Source: Candidatus Latescibacterota bacterium (GTDB taxonomy: Bacteria; Latescibacterota; CBDEFO01). From it: 64,000 nt of DNA. How positions within the stretch are numbered: position 1 is the stretch's first letter; the number at the start of each line of letters is the position of its first letter. The stretch covers positions 1,760,001 to 1,824,000 of the forward strand of contig OZ252149.1 of NCBI GenBank assembly GCA_965248755.1, given 5' to 3'. The notes below the pieces were generated by a model. It was not told the DNA's origin. It made no database searches and saw only the letters and a program-made list of their open reading frames with translations. Made by a program: the position numbers and the translations under genes. Positions 7,803 to 16,927 of the stretch are shown here, one piece after another.

Positions 7803-8840
7803 CTATTTCTTGATCCCTTCCAGCCTTCTCAGATATATAGGGTTGAAGTATATCCAGGGCTTCCCATCCAGTGTCGCTTCGGCCCGATAGACCCCGGGCG
7901 AGTCAGCGCTCAAGATAAAGTTGTCATCTTCAGTTTTGTGGATCCTTCTTCCGTCCCTATAAAAAGTTATCCCACAAGGGCGCGGCAGGATGACCTCTAA
8001 CTCTACCTCTGGGTTCCACTCCACCTTATCGCCCATTATAGCTGAACCGTCGGCGATGCGGAAAATAGAGCCTTCCGCAGGGCTCAGCAGGTCGTAGCCT
8101 ATGAAACAGTGTCCGTCCGCGAGCGCGTTTAAGATGAGCTGAGCGTCTTTTTCAGAATCTCCGGAGAACCTTTCAGGGACAAGGACGCGGGTCCGCAGAG
8201 TTCCGAACGCCCATTCGTAGGGGAAAACGACCATTTTTCTACTGAGTATCGTCCTCTTGGCGTGGATGTCGAGTCCTCCGATGGCGACAACTTTTGACTT
8301 TTGGCAGAGCCTATCCCATAAAGCTATGGTTTCCGGAGGAGGACCGCTTATCTTGGAGCAAGGGTCCTCGATAAAATCTCTCCACTTATAGAATCTAAAG
8401 TCTGACACCCAGTCGAACATATACGACCAGAGCTCTATTCCGGTGAATGAATCGGGCTGCCAGCTTTCCCAGTGGTACTGCTTTTTCCTGAAGTAGGGAC
8501 GGTATCTGCCGTGAGGGTGGGCTATGAAGCTAAGTCCTCCGTTTTCTCCTATATCTTTAAGTATCTGTGCAGGGCAAGTCTTCCAATCTATCTCTCCGCT
8601 TACTCCCACAGCCAGACAGTGTTGTTTGTGATGAGAGACCTCTTCTCCGACCAGCACAAGCAGGTCGTCGTGCCAGCCTTCGTATCCCTCCCTTCTGGCT
8701 TTGAGCGTGTTGTGGTCGGTCAATACGATAAAATCCAAATCTGCATTCTGAGCCGCACAGATGATCTCCTCCAAAGTCCCGCTCCCGTCAGAGTAAACAG
8801 AATGGATGTGTATAGCTCCTTTGTACTCAGTGTATCCTAT
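7803..8840 (-). CDS. PHP-domain metallohydrolase (CehA/McbA-like)
   Basis: The frame extends upstream of the ORF-track start to include EYKGAIHIHSVYSDG; then LTDHN, GEE, IAHP, GGLDIH. Probable non-canonical ATA start at 8840. Confidence 0.82.
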   Translation of the reverse strand: MGYTEYKGAIHIHSVYSDGSGTLEEIICAAQNADLDFIVLTDHNTLKARREGYEGWHDDLLVLVGEEVSHHKQHCLAVGVSGEIDWKTCPAQILKDIGENGGLSFIAHPHGRYRPYFRKKQYHWESWQPDSFTGIELWSYMFDWVSDFRFYKWRDFIEDPCSKISGPPPETIALWDRLCQKSKVVAIGGLDIHAKRTILSRKMVVFPYEWAFGTLRTRVLVPERFSGDSEKDAQLILNALADGHCFIGYDLLSPAEGSIFRIADGSAIMGDKVEWNPEVELEVILPRPCGITFYRDGRRIHKTEDDNFILSADSPGVYRAEATLDGKPWIYFNPIYLRRLEGIKK

Positions 8841-8896
8841 TAGGTTCCTCCGTCTCTATACTCATATATCCAATGTTCTTGAATCCTTGCGTCTTT

Positions 8897-8989
8897 CTAT
8901 TTCAGTCTCTTTGCAAATTTTTTCTCCAGAACCCATCCAACTGTAAAGATCGCTAAACCTATAAGGGAGAGGATTAATTCCTGCCACAT
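8897..8989 (-). CDS. Putative 30-aa single-pass membrane peptide
   Basis: GAGGA RBS then MWQELILSLIGLAIFTVGWVLEKKFAKRLK*: a hydrophobic stretch followed by a basic tail. Confidence 0.45.
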   Translation of the reverse strand: MWQELILSLIGLAIFTVGWVLEKKFAKRLK

Positions 8990-9134
8990 CGTAAGTTCCT
9001 CGCGTATCCCCTCTATAACGGCGAATCCGACTTCAAATATGCCCAGGATTTGGAGTATCTTTGCTACTATTATCATCGAATTTCAAACTCCCTGTATTAT
9101 TAGAGTGGAGTTTCACGGTTTGCTATTACGATGG

Positions 9135-9902
9135 TCAGGGACCGACGCAGGCGGTGACACCTCCATCGACGCGGATCTCGGTGCCGTTGACGTAGCTGCT
9201 CTGGACAGAAGCGAGGAATGTGACCACAGCGGCAACCTCTTCAGGTTTCCCCATGCGTTTCATAGGCAGGCTCGATTCGAACCTTTTGCGCGCATCGGGT
9301 TGGGAGAACATCGGAGACCATATACTGGTTTCAATAGGACCGGGGTTGACACAGTTGACAGTGATGCACTTGGAGATGAGAATCTTTGAGATGCCTTTGG
9401 AATAGTTGCTGACAGCTGAATTGACTGCACCCACAGGCAGAAACTCAGCACCTGGCTCAACATTAGCAACCCCCGTAATGTTGATGATTCGTCCCCATCC
9501 TGTGCCCTCCATCAGGGGTAAACTGGCGTGCACAAGGCGGATGACAGCCATCAGTTTGGTGTCTATGGCGGCTTTCCACAGATCGTCGGTGAGTTTGTCA
9601 AAGGGAGTGGGAACGAAGATATTGGCGTTGTTGACAAGGATATCGAGCCTCCCGAATCTGTCCTTGATAGCACCCGCGATTCTATCAGCGCTGCCTGGGT
9701 CAGTCAGATCTGCGGGTATGGCAAGTGCCTCTACGCCGTAAGTGCTGGCTACTTCGGCGCGTGTTTCTTCAAGGGCGTCGGCGCTACGTGCGACCATAGC
9801 TATGTGCACACCCTCAAAGGCCAGAGAATTGGCAATGGCGCGGCCGATGCCTCGACTGGAGCCTGTGACAAGGGCAATTTTGTCTCTGAGACCGAGTTCC
9901 AC
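9135..9902 (-). CDS. Short-chain dehydrogenase/reductase (SDR)
   Basis: TGSSRGIG, LVNNA, VNPGPIET, VDGG. The catalytic YxxxK is atypical (VGAVN). Confidence 0.9.
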   Translation of the reverse strand: MELGLRDKIALVTGSSRGIGRAIANSLAFEGVHIAMVARSADALEETRAEVASTYGVEALAIPADLTDPGSADRIAGAIKDRFGRLDILVNNANIFVPTPFDKLTDDLWKAAIDTKLMAVIRLVHASLPLMEGTGWGRIINITGVANVEPGAEFLPVGAVNSAVSNYSKGISKILISKCITVNCVNPGPIETSIWSPMFSQPDARKRFESSLPMKRMGKPEEVAAVVTFLASVQSSYVNGTEIRVDGGVTACVGP

Positions 9903-10247
9903 AGCTTTTCTCCTTTGTATCTGGAGTTCAATTAAAAAGGGTTAGCCTCTCTGCAGAGCTGCTGCCGCCGCATATGTCCGCCAGAATTGAGTCCATCCTT
10001 ACCCAGTTACGTCCCGAAGCGGAAGAAAGCATGACCGCATTTGATATTCTCATTCCCCATTAACCTACTCATCTGGTGACCCTTAAACTCCTAGCAAAAC
10101 GGGTAAAAGCGCTCCAGATGACGTGACTTTACGACGCCCTGAATCCCTGCAAGTTGGCCTCGAAGGTAGAAGTAATAACCACATATACGCTCGGCTTGAA
10201 ATCGGAAGAATCAGGAAATGAAAATCAGGGCACGGTTTCGCACCAGA

Positions 10248-11198
10248 TCACTCCTCCCATGCACCTATCGCGGTAAACTTATCGACCCTCTGTTTTATTA
10301 GTTCATCCGGAGGTATCTGCTCTAATTGGCTGAAAGTCGCTAGCACTGCTGACTTTAACCTTGAGGCAGCTTCGTCATAGTCCCTGTGCGCTCCGCCTAA
10401 AGGCTCCGGTATGATCTCATCTATGATGCCTAATTTGAGCAGGTCTCCCGGTGTCAATTTAAGGGCCTCTGCAGCCTCTTCCTTCTTTTCTCTGTCCCTC
10501 CACAGGATGGTGGAACAGGACTCAGGAGCTATGACGGAATACCAGGTGTGCTCCATCATCAAGATCTTGTCTCCGACGCCGATCCCCAACGCCCCGCCGC
10601 TTGCGCCTTCTCCCACGATGGCTATTACTATTGGAACTGGCAGGTGGGACATCTCGAAGATATTTCTGGCTATAGCCTCGGCCTGTCCCCTCTCTTCGGC
10701 GTTGACTCCAGGGTAGGCCCCCTGGGTGTCTATCAAGGACAATACAGGACGGTGGAACTTAGCGGCAAGTTTCATCAACCTTAAGGCCTTCCTGTAGCCC
10801 TCAGGATGCGGCATTCCGAAGTTGCGATAGAGGTTATCCTTTGTATCTTTACCCTTTTGATGCCCAATGATGAGTATTTTCTTTCCCTCAACTTTAGCGA
10901 TGCCCCCGACCATAGCGTGGTCATCAGAGTAGAACCTGTCGCCGTGGAGTGCTATAAAGTCCGTCGCAATCCGTTCTATATAGTCGAGCGTATGAGGCCT
11001 TTGAGGATGCCGCGCCAGCTGAACCTTCTGCCATCTGCTAAGATTAGAATAGACCTCTTCCTTGAGCTTCCTGGCCTTCTCCTCAAGCCTACTCAACTCC
11101 TCCGCCATATCTATATCCTCAGCCTCAGCGTGAGCCTTTATATCCTGGATTTTCTGTTCTAATTCGGCTATGGGTTTTTCAAAGTCCAAAATATACAT
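10248..11198 (-). CDS. accA: Acetyl-CoA carboxylase carboxyltransferase alpha subunit
   Basis: [47 protein letters not shown]. Confidence 0.97.
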   Translation of the reverse strand: MYILDFEKPIAELEQKIQDIKAHAEAEDIDMAEELSRLEEKARKLKEEVYSNLSRWQKVQLARHPQRPHTLDYIERIATDFIALHGDRFYSDDHAMVGGIAKVEGKKILIIGHQKGKDTKDNLYRNFGMPHPEGYRKALRLMKLAAKFHRPVLSLIDTQGAYPGVNAEERGQAEAIARNIFEMSHLPVPIVIAIVGEGASGGALGIGVGDKILMMEHTWYSVIAPESCSTILWRDREKKEEAAEALKLTPGDLLKLGIIDEIIPEPLGGAHRDYDEAASRLKSAVLATFSQLEQIPPDELIKQRVDKFTAIGAWEE

Positions 11199-11575
11199 AA
11201 TAGAAACTACCCCTTTGATTTATCCTACTCCTTTCCAACCGTGGTCTTTCTACTCTCCTAATAGATTCAAATATACCTAATTCTGGAGCGACAGTCAAGA
11301 ACATATCCATTTTCGCCTCTTGAGAATCTTATCTCTATAGAAATGGATTCCCCCGGAAGATTCCACCTTTGAGGGTCCCTTCCTTTTGGGAAAACCAAGG
11401 TTCCAGATGGCAAAGTGATTTTCAAGCTTGACTTTTGTTCGGTTATTTATCTTATTTATCAGACAAAAGATGCCACGCTGTCGGGGGTACCGAAAGCTTT
11501 TTGGGGTAAATCTGTTTTATCCGGTCTGATGTTGTCAGCATGCCACTGTAGAACGCGTTAAAAAAGGGTGTTGGA

Positions 11576-12526
11576 TTGATGTCCTTCGCACAGAGGATGT
11601 TTGAGAGACGCATATGGAATTGGTTAAATATAGACCTTGTTATTATATTCCTTGCAACGACCTGTATATCCTGTGGGAAAACCAAAAAGGTGATCCCGTC
11701 GTTTGAAGGGAGGAGAGCATACGATCTTTTAGTGAAGCAGTGCGATTTTGGTCCCAGGAATCCGGGATCGGAAGGACACGAATCCGCAAAGGAATTCCTC
11801 TTGGAGGAGCTGAAGCGCTGGGCGCCCATAGTCTCGGAGCAGAAGTTTGAGTACTCCGATGAAAAATCAAAAACACGAATAAACCTCTCCAATATCATAG
11901 CTTCTTTTTATCCTAAAAACAAAAAAAGGGCGCTTCTTTGCGCTCATTGGGACACAAGACCCTTCGCAGATAAGGACAGTAATCCCCAGAACAGGGACAA
12001 GCCGATCATCGGAGCAAACGATGGAGCCTCCGGAGTGGCGGTCCTACTTGAAATTGGACGGCTCATATCCCAGGTTGAGCCCCCAAGAGGAATAGATATT
12101 GTGTTCTTCGACGGAGAGGACTTCGGCAAGAAGGAGGATCTCTCGGACTATTTCCTCGGATCACAATATTTTGCTCTCTCAAAACAAGGCAAATATAAAC
12201 CGGAATTCGGAGTGCTCTTAGATATGGTAGGAGATGCGGATTTAAACATACATCCTGAAAAGTATTCCCTAAATCACTTTCCTAAAATTGTGGAAAAAGT
12301 GTGGAAAGCGGCGTTCGACGTGGGATCGCATCAGTTTAAAGAAGAAGCAAAAAAATATATCCGAGACGACCATCTTCCGCTGATAGACGCGGGAATACCC
12401 TGCATAGATGTGATAGACTTCGATTATCCTTACTGGCACACGCTTGAGGACACGCCGGACAAATGCAGTCCAGAAAGCCTGCAAGCTGTGGGCAATGTCG
12501 TAATGAAACTCATCTACACCGACTAA
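11576..12526 (+). CDS. M28-family peptidase / glutaminyl cyclase-like lipoprotein
   Basis: AHWDTRP, GANDGASGV, FFDGED, LLDM, DDHLP, WHT; lipobox-like ISC. Start codon uncertain. Confidence 0.88.
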   Translation: MMSFAQRMFERRIWNWLNIDLVIIFLATTCISCGKTKKVIPSFEGRRAYDLLVKQCDFGPRNPGSEGHESAKEFLLEELKRWAPIVSEQKFEYSDEKSKTRINLSNIIASFYPKNKKRALLCAHWDTRPFADKDSNPQNRDKPIIGANDGASGVAVLLEIGRLISQVEPPRGIDIVFFDGEDFGKKEDLSDYFLGSQYFALSKQGKYKPEFGVLLDMVGDADLNIHPEKYSLNHFPKIVEKVWKAAFDVGSHQFKEEAKKYIRDDHLPLIDAGIPCIDVIDFDYPYWHTLEDTPDKCSPESLQAVGNVVMKLIYTD

Positions 12527-12574
12527 AATAGTAAACAGCAATCTCAACGACTGGGAGGCAGTGGCCCTCTCTAC

Positions 12575-13567
12575 TTATTTAGTCTGCCCTCCGTATAATC
12601 CGGCCATCTTCTGAGCTATTCTCCCCATTTCCTCTCTGAGTTCAGGGGGTTCCAAAACCTCTGCCTCATCTCCAAAACCGAGTATCCAGAAGCTTATCTC
12701 CCTTGCGCCTCTGACTTTGGCTCTGTAAATTGCAGATCCGTCGGGGAGTCGCTCTACGCTTCGATTCGGACCTTCAGCCCTCTCTTGTGCCAGTGGAATA
12801 ACTCTGGGAGAGAATCTGACCACCACTTCGACTTCTTCCCCATCTCCCACAAATACGTCCCACGAATTGGCCAGGAAATCCCCTAAGGAGAAATCCTCCG
12901 ACATGTCGAAACCGACTGTTGTTCTTCTTACCCATTCAAATCGGTTCAACCTGAAGATCTCCGTTCTTTCATCCTTATGATCGTGCGCCGCCAGATACCA
13001 GGAATGTCGGCGGAAGAAGAGAGCATAAGGGTTCAATCGGCGCTCTATGGGCTCATCTCTGGAGACCGAGCGGTACGAAGCCATGATCGAGGTCTTACTG
13101 TATATAGATTTTTCCATTCTGTCGAACATGATGCCCAATTTTTTGCTTTCGGAATTATCCGCTCCTGTATGAGGTACTGTAGAGGTCCTCTCGACAACCT
13201 CCTCTAAGTCCCTTCTGACAGGAACTGTGAGAGTTTCGTCGATCTTCGAAAGTGCCGATTTGACCTGACTGGAAAAAGGCTGAATCTTCTGTGGGGGAGC
13301 GGCCGAAGCCGTCAAGTGTAAAGCTATCGCCTCCTCCACAGAAAGTCCAATGGTCGGGAGCGAAAATGAAGAAAGAAGTTTCCAACCGTCTCTGTCGCTG
13401 TAGATGGGCGCTCCCAGTCGGGAAAGAGACATCAAATTTCTGTAAATGGTCCGCCGAGTTGTATCAAACTTTAAAGCTAAACCGGACACCTTGACGCCGC
13501 GAGTAGTGCTCAGGCATAAGAGTATCTTCCAAATCCTTTCTGCCTTTAAATCATCGCGCGTCAGCAT
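12575..13567 (-). CDS. HTH-WYL-WCX transcriptional regulator (YafY/PafBC-like)
   Basis: N-terminal HTH (TTRRTIYRN), SWYLAA, FRLNRF, WILGFGDEAEVLEPPELR. Confidence 0.92.
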   Translation of the reverse strand: MLTRDDLKAERIWKILLCLSTTRGVKVSGLALKFDTTRRTIYRNLMSLSRLGAPIYSDRDGWKLLSSFSLPTIGLSVEEAIALHLTASAAPPQKIQPFSSQVKSALSKIDETLTVPVRRDLEEVVERTSTVPHTGADNSESKKLGIMFDRMEKSIYSKTSIMASYRSVSRDEPIERRLNPYALFFRRHSWYLAAHDHKDERTEIFRLNRFEWVRRTTVGFDMSEDFSLGDFLANSWDVFVGDGEEVEVVVRFSPRVIPLAQERAEGPNRSVERLPDGSAIYRAKVRGAREISFWILGFGDEAEVLEPPELREEMGRIAQKMAGLYGGQTK

Positions 13568-13718
13568 AGTTTATTCACCTCCAAGTTTCCCACATCTTTC
13601 CTGATTGTTCCGCTTAAACTTTAAGATTTACTGCTTTCTTTATAAGCTCTGTTCCGATCTGGCCATTAAGAATTCGTTTCCTCTTGTTACACAGGAGGAA
13701 CTATCTGTTATATCATGT

Positions 13719-15080
13719 TTAATTGTCCTGCCCCGTCACCTTTATTATAGCTTTGTATATAATGTCCAGCATTCCCTCCAGATTTTCCAGGTCTATCGAA
13801 AGAGGAGGCATTATGACTATGATGTTTCCCAAAGGCCGAATCAAGAGTCCGTCATTTTTTGCCTCCTGGCAGACCTTTACACCTATTTTCTCCTCCGGGG
13901 GATAGGGATCTTTTGTGCCCTTGTCCAAGACAAGTTCTATTCCGGCGACAAATCCGCACTGCCTTACGTCCCCCACATAGGCTAATCTCTTGAAATCTTC
14001 GAGTCTTTCTTTCAGCAGATATATCTTTTCGGGGAGCTTATCCAGAGTTCCCTCTTTTTCAAAGACGCCCAGATTAGCTAGCGCGGCGGCACAGCTGAGC
14101 TGATTTCCCGTGTAAGTGTGACCGTGAAAGAAAGTTCTAAGCTCAGAGTACTCTCCAAGAAAAGCTTCATATATTTCCTGGGTCGTCAAAGTTGCAGCCA
14201 GCGGGAGATAGCCCCCCGTGATCCCCTTGCCTAAACATATAATATCGGGAGACGGACACTCACACTGGCAGGCGAACATCGTCCCTGTCCTTCCGAAACC
14301 GGTGGCTACCTCGTCTGCAATCAGAAGGATGCTATGCTGCTTGCACAACTCCCACACACGGCTCAAATAGCCTTGAGGAGCGACAATTACGCCTCCGGCC
14401 ATCTGAACTAAAGGCTCTATGATCAACCCGGCAATTTCGTCAGAACGATCTTTTAGGATCTCTTCAAGTTCGGATAGACACCCAAGATTACATTCATCCT
14501 CACACAGTTTGCACCTGTAGCAATACGGAGAAGGGGCACAAAAAGAATCAAAAAGGAGGTCTTTATATGCGGTGCGGAAGGTGTGAATCCCTCCGACGCT
14601 TACAGCCCCTGTTGTGTCGCCGTGATAGGCGTAGTTTAAATGAACAAACTTCGTCTTGGACGGTCTCGGATCGTCTCTCCTTTGACGCCAGTATTGAAAG
14701 GCAATCTTTAAAGCTATCTCAACAGCGGTGGAACCGTTATCAGAGTAGAACACCTTTCTCAAGCTTACGGGAGCTATCGCTATCAACTTTTCTGCAAGCT
14801 CTACTGCAGGAACATTAGATTGACCCAAAAGAGTCGAATGGGAGATCTTTTCAATCTGATCCCTTATCGCCTCATCTATCTCTCTTTTCTTGTGGCCGTG
14901 AACGTTGCACCACATCGATGATACACCGTCTATGTATCTCTTCCCATTTGTGTCTTCTAAGAAGACACCGTCTCCTCTTTTTATTATCAGCGGAGCTTCG
15001 TCATGATAGTCCTTCATCTGGGTGAAGGGATGCCAGATATATTCTTTATCTTTCGATTCGAGACTTTCTGAGTAATTCAA
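13719..15080 (-). CDS. bioA: Adenosylmethionine-8-amino-7-oxononanoate aminotransferase
   Basis: IWHPFTQM, DGVSSMW, SDNGSTAVE, YHGDT, DEVATGFGRTG, GKGITGGYLP, HGHTYTGN, RPLGN. Confidence 0.95.
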   Translation of the reverse strand: MNYSESLESKDKEYIWHPFTQMKDYHDEAPLIIKRGDGVFLEDTNGKRYIDGVSSMWCNVHGHKKREIDEAIRDQIEKISHSTLLGQSNVPAVELAEKLIAIAPVSLRKVFYSDNGSTAVEIALKIAFQYWRQRRDDPRPSKTKFVHLNYAYHGDTTGAVSVGGIHTFRTAYKDLLFDSFCAPSPYCYRCKLCEDECNLGCLSELEEILKDRSDEIAGLIIEPLVQMAGGVIVAPQGYLSRVWELCKQHSILLIADEVATGFGRTGTMFACQCECPSPDIICLGKGITGGYLPLAATLTTQEIYEAFLGEYSELRTFFHGHTYTGNQLSCAAALANLGVFEKEGTLDKLPEKIYLLKERLEDFKRLAYVGDVRQCGFVAGIELVLDKGTKDPYPPEEKIGVKVCQEAKNDGLLIRPLGNIIVIMPPLSIDLENLEGMLDIIYKAIIKVTGQDN

Positions 15081-15160
15081 GGAGATATCCTCATTGCAAC
15101 TTGGATTTCCCAAGATAAAAATCCTTGACTACGAGATAAAGTTTGTTATCTTTAACAGCT

Positions 15161-16183
15161 ATGGAAAAGAGCCATATTGACATCCCCGCTTTCAGCTCCA
15201 ATGAGCGTGGGATAATCCACAAAGTACTTGATGCCTTAAGAGCAACAGGAGACGACCAACTGGAACTGGAGCACGCCATAGAGAGCCAGGCAGATCAACT
15301 TAAGGACATCGGCGCTCTTATTTCTCACTACCCCTCCCTTTTCAAGCGCCAAAAGTTAGGTCATCGCCAGCGCGATGTTTCTTCGCTGATCCAGACGATA
15401 TCAAAGGCAACGCTCTTCACCGTAGATATGATACTTCCTATGCGAGCTATCGCCGGACAGACATACCTTATGTCTCGCATTAATTTTTTCCGCCTGTTGC
15501 GCTACGTCGCCAATGAGGCGCTGTCCGACCGCGACGGCTTTTCCGCTATTGACAGAGACATCGAGGCGCTGATCGGCGAGAACATCTACGCAAAAGTAAC
15601 CGAGGATCTTCTGATAGCCATCGTCTGTGACAGTGAGCTGGAGCTCAGCATCTCCCAAAAGGGAACCAAGGCTTTGATCCACATCTGGGAAGACCGCTCT
15701 GCGTTACACCTGCAGGAGTTCTTCCCCCTCCTCAAGGCGACCTGGGAGGCCAGACGCAAAATTATGGTCCAATTTGGCACGCTGACAGGAACAGCCGAAA
15801 TATTCTCTTTATTGAGAGAAGGATGTGACCCTCACTTTATCGAATACTTCTCCAAGACCGACTGCACAGAGGATGAGACCGACGCCTTCCGGGAGTTCCT
15901 CCTGGGTGTCTCGACAGAGGACCTGGGAGCCCTAAAGGACAAGATGCGAACTGTCAACCGTAAGGCCATCGGCGTTGAGGATATCGAAGAACTGTCGGAT
16001 CTCTCCCTGCACGCTCATGAGTCGGCTGACTTTGCCACGCAATTATACATGTTCTTCGTCAAACGTCACCTTGAAGCGCTGGCGCGCCGCGTGGGCAGCC
16101 TGCCAGGCCCAAAGAGAACGGCGGAGGAGTATGTGATGGTCTACTTCCTGGAAAAATCCGATCCTGAGGAGTTTCCAGCTTGA
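15161..16183 (+). CDS. Hypothetical all-alpha protein
   Basis: Long ORF with natural composition; C-terminal RRVGSLPGPKRTAEEY; no family recognised. Confidence 0.7.
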   Translation: MEKSHIDIPAFSSNERGIIHKVLDALRATGDDQLELEHAIESQADQLKDIGALISHYPSLFKRQKLGHRQRDVSSLIQTISKATLFTVDMILPMRAIAGQTYLMSRINFFRLLRYVANEALSDRDGFSAIDRDIEALIGENIYAKVTEDLLIAIVCDSELELSISQKGTKALIHIWEDRSALHLQEFFPLLKATWEARRKIMVQFGTLTGTAEIFSLLREGCDPHFIEYFSKTDCTEDETDAFREFLLGVSTEDLGALKDKMRTVNRKAIGVEDIEELSDLSLHAHESADFATQLYMFFVKRHLEALARRVGSLPGPKRTAEEYVMVYFLEKSDPEEFPA

Positions 16184-16376
16184 CTCCTTCGTGCACTGTC
16201 AGAGCAACTTACCGTATATTCATATTGATATGGAGAATATAGACAAACTTAAACCTAAGGCGAGATTTCGTATTGTCAAGGACTTTTTGCCAATAAGTTT
16301 AGACGGAGTGGGCGTCTCAACTTCTAATCGAAGATAAATTTCAATATATCCTCTCATAATGATGGAGTAGATCATA

Positions 16377-16817
16377 ATGTTATATCAGCTTTGTCTTACG
16401 CTCCATATACTATCTGTAATAGCCTGGGCAGGAACACTGTTGGGACAAGGTTTTATATTTTCCCTATCGTCAGGAGAGTCGGGGGAAAACAGGAGCTATC
16501 TACTATCCGTTCAGCGCAAACTCTACCTATCTTTACAGATGCCGGCAGCCGCGCTATCTTTAGTGCTGGGAATTGCACTTATCTTAATACGCCACTACAA
16601 TCCGTTCACTAATCACTGGCTTTTGACTAAACTTCTGTTAGTAGTACTTTTGATAATAATAGATGTATACACCTCAAGAAAGATCAAGAAACTTCAAGGG
16701 GCTGTAGAAAGTGGAGCAAGCCTTTCTGTCCCTTCAGGATTCATCATCGCCGCCGTGACCGTTCTTTCGATAGGCATTATCTATGTGATAAAATTCAAAG
16801 TCACCCTGGCGATGTGA
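16377..16817 (+). CDS. CopD/HemJ-like membrane protein
   Basis: LHILSVIAWAG, WLLTKLLLV, four hydrophobic segments. Confidence 0.65.
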   Translation: MLYQLCLTLHILSVIAWAGTLLGQGFIFSLSSGESGENRSYLLSVQRKLYLSLQMPAAALSLVLGIALILIRHYNPFTNHWLLTKLLLVVLLIIIDVYTSRKIKKLQGAVESGASLSVPSGFIIAAVTVLSIGIIYVIKFKVTLAM

Positions 16818-16927
16818 GCCGGGACTACTTTTCACGGATTAAGTTTAGGATCGACAATGGGGAGACTCAATCCGGAAACTAACAGTTCCTGCAAGTAGAG
16901 GGTGTATTTGAAGGAGGTTAGAAAGAA

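Noticed and set aside
12575..13567. WYL regulator as a marker of a defence or CRISPR locus
   Set aside because: Its neighbours are an M28 peptidase and bioA, with no cas genes, arrays or defence genes nearby; it looks like a stand-alone YafY-type regulator.
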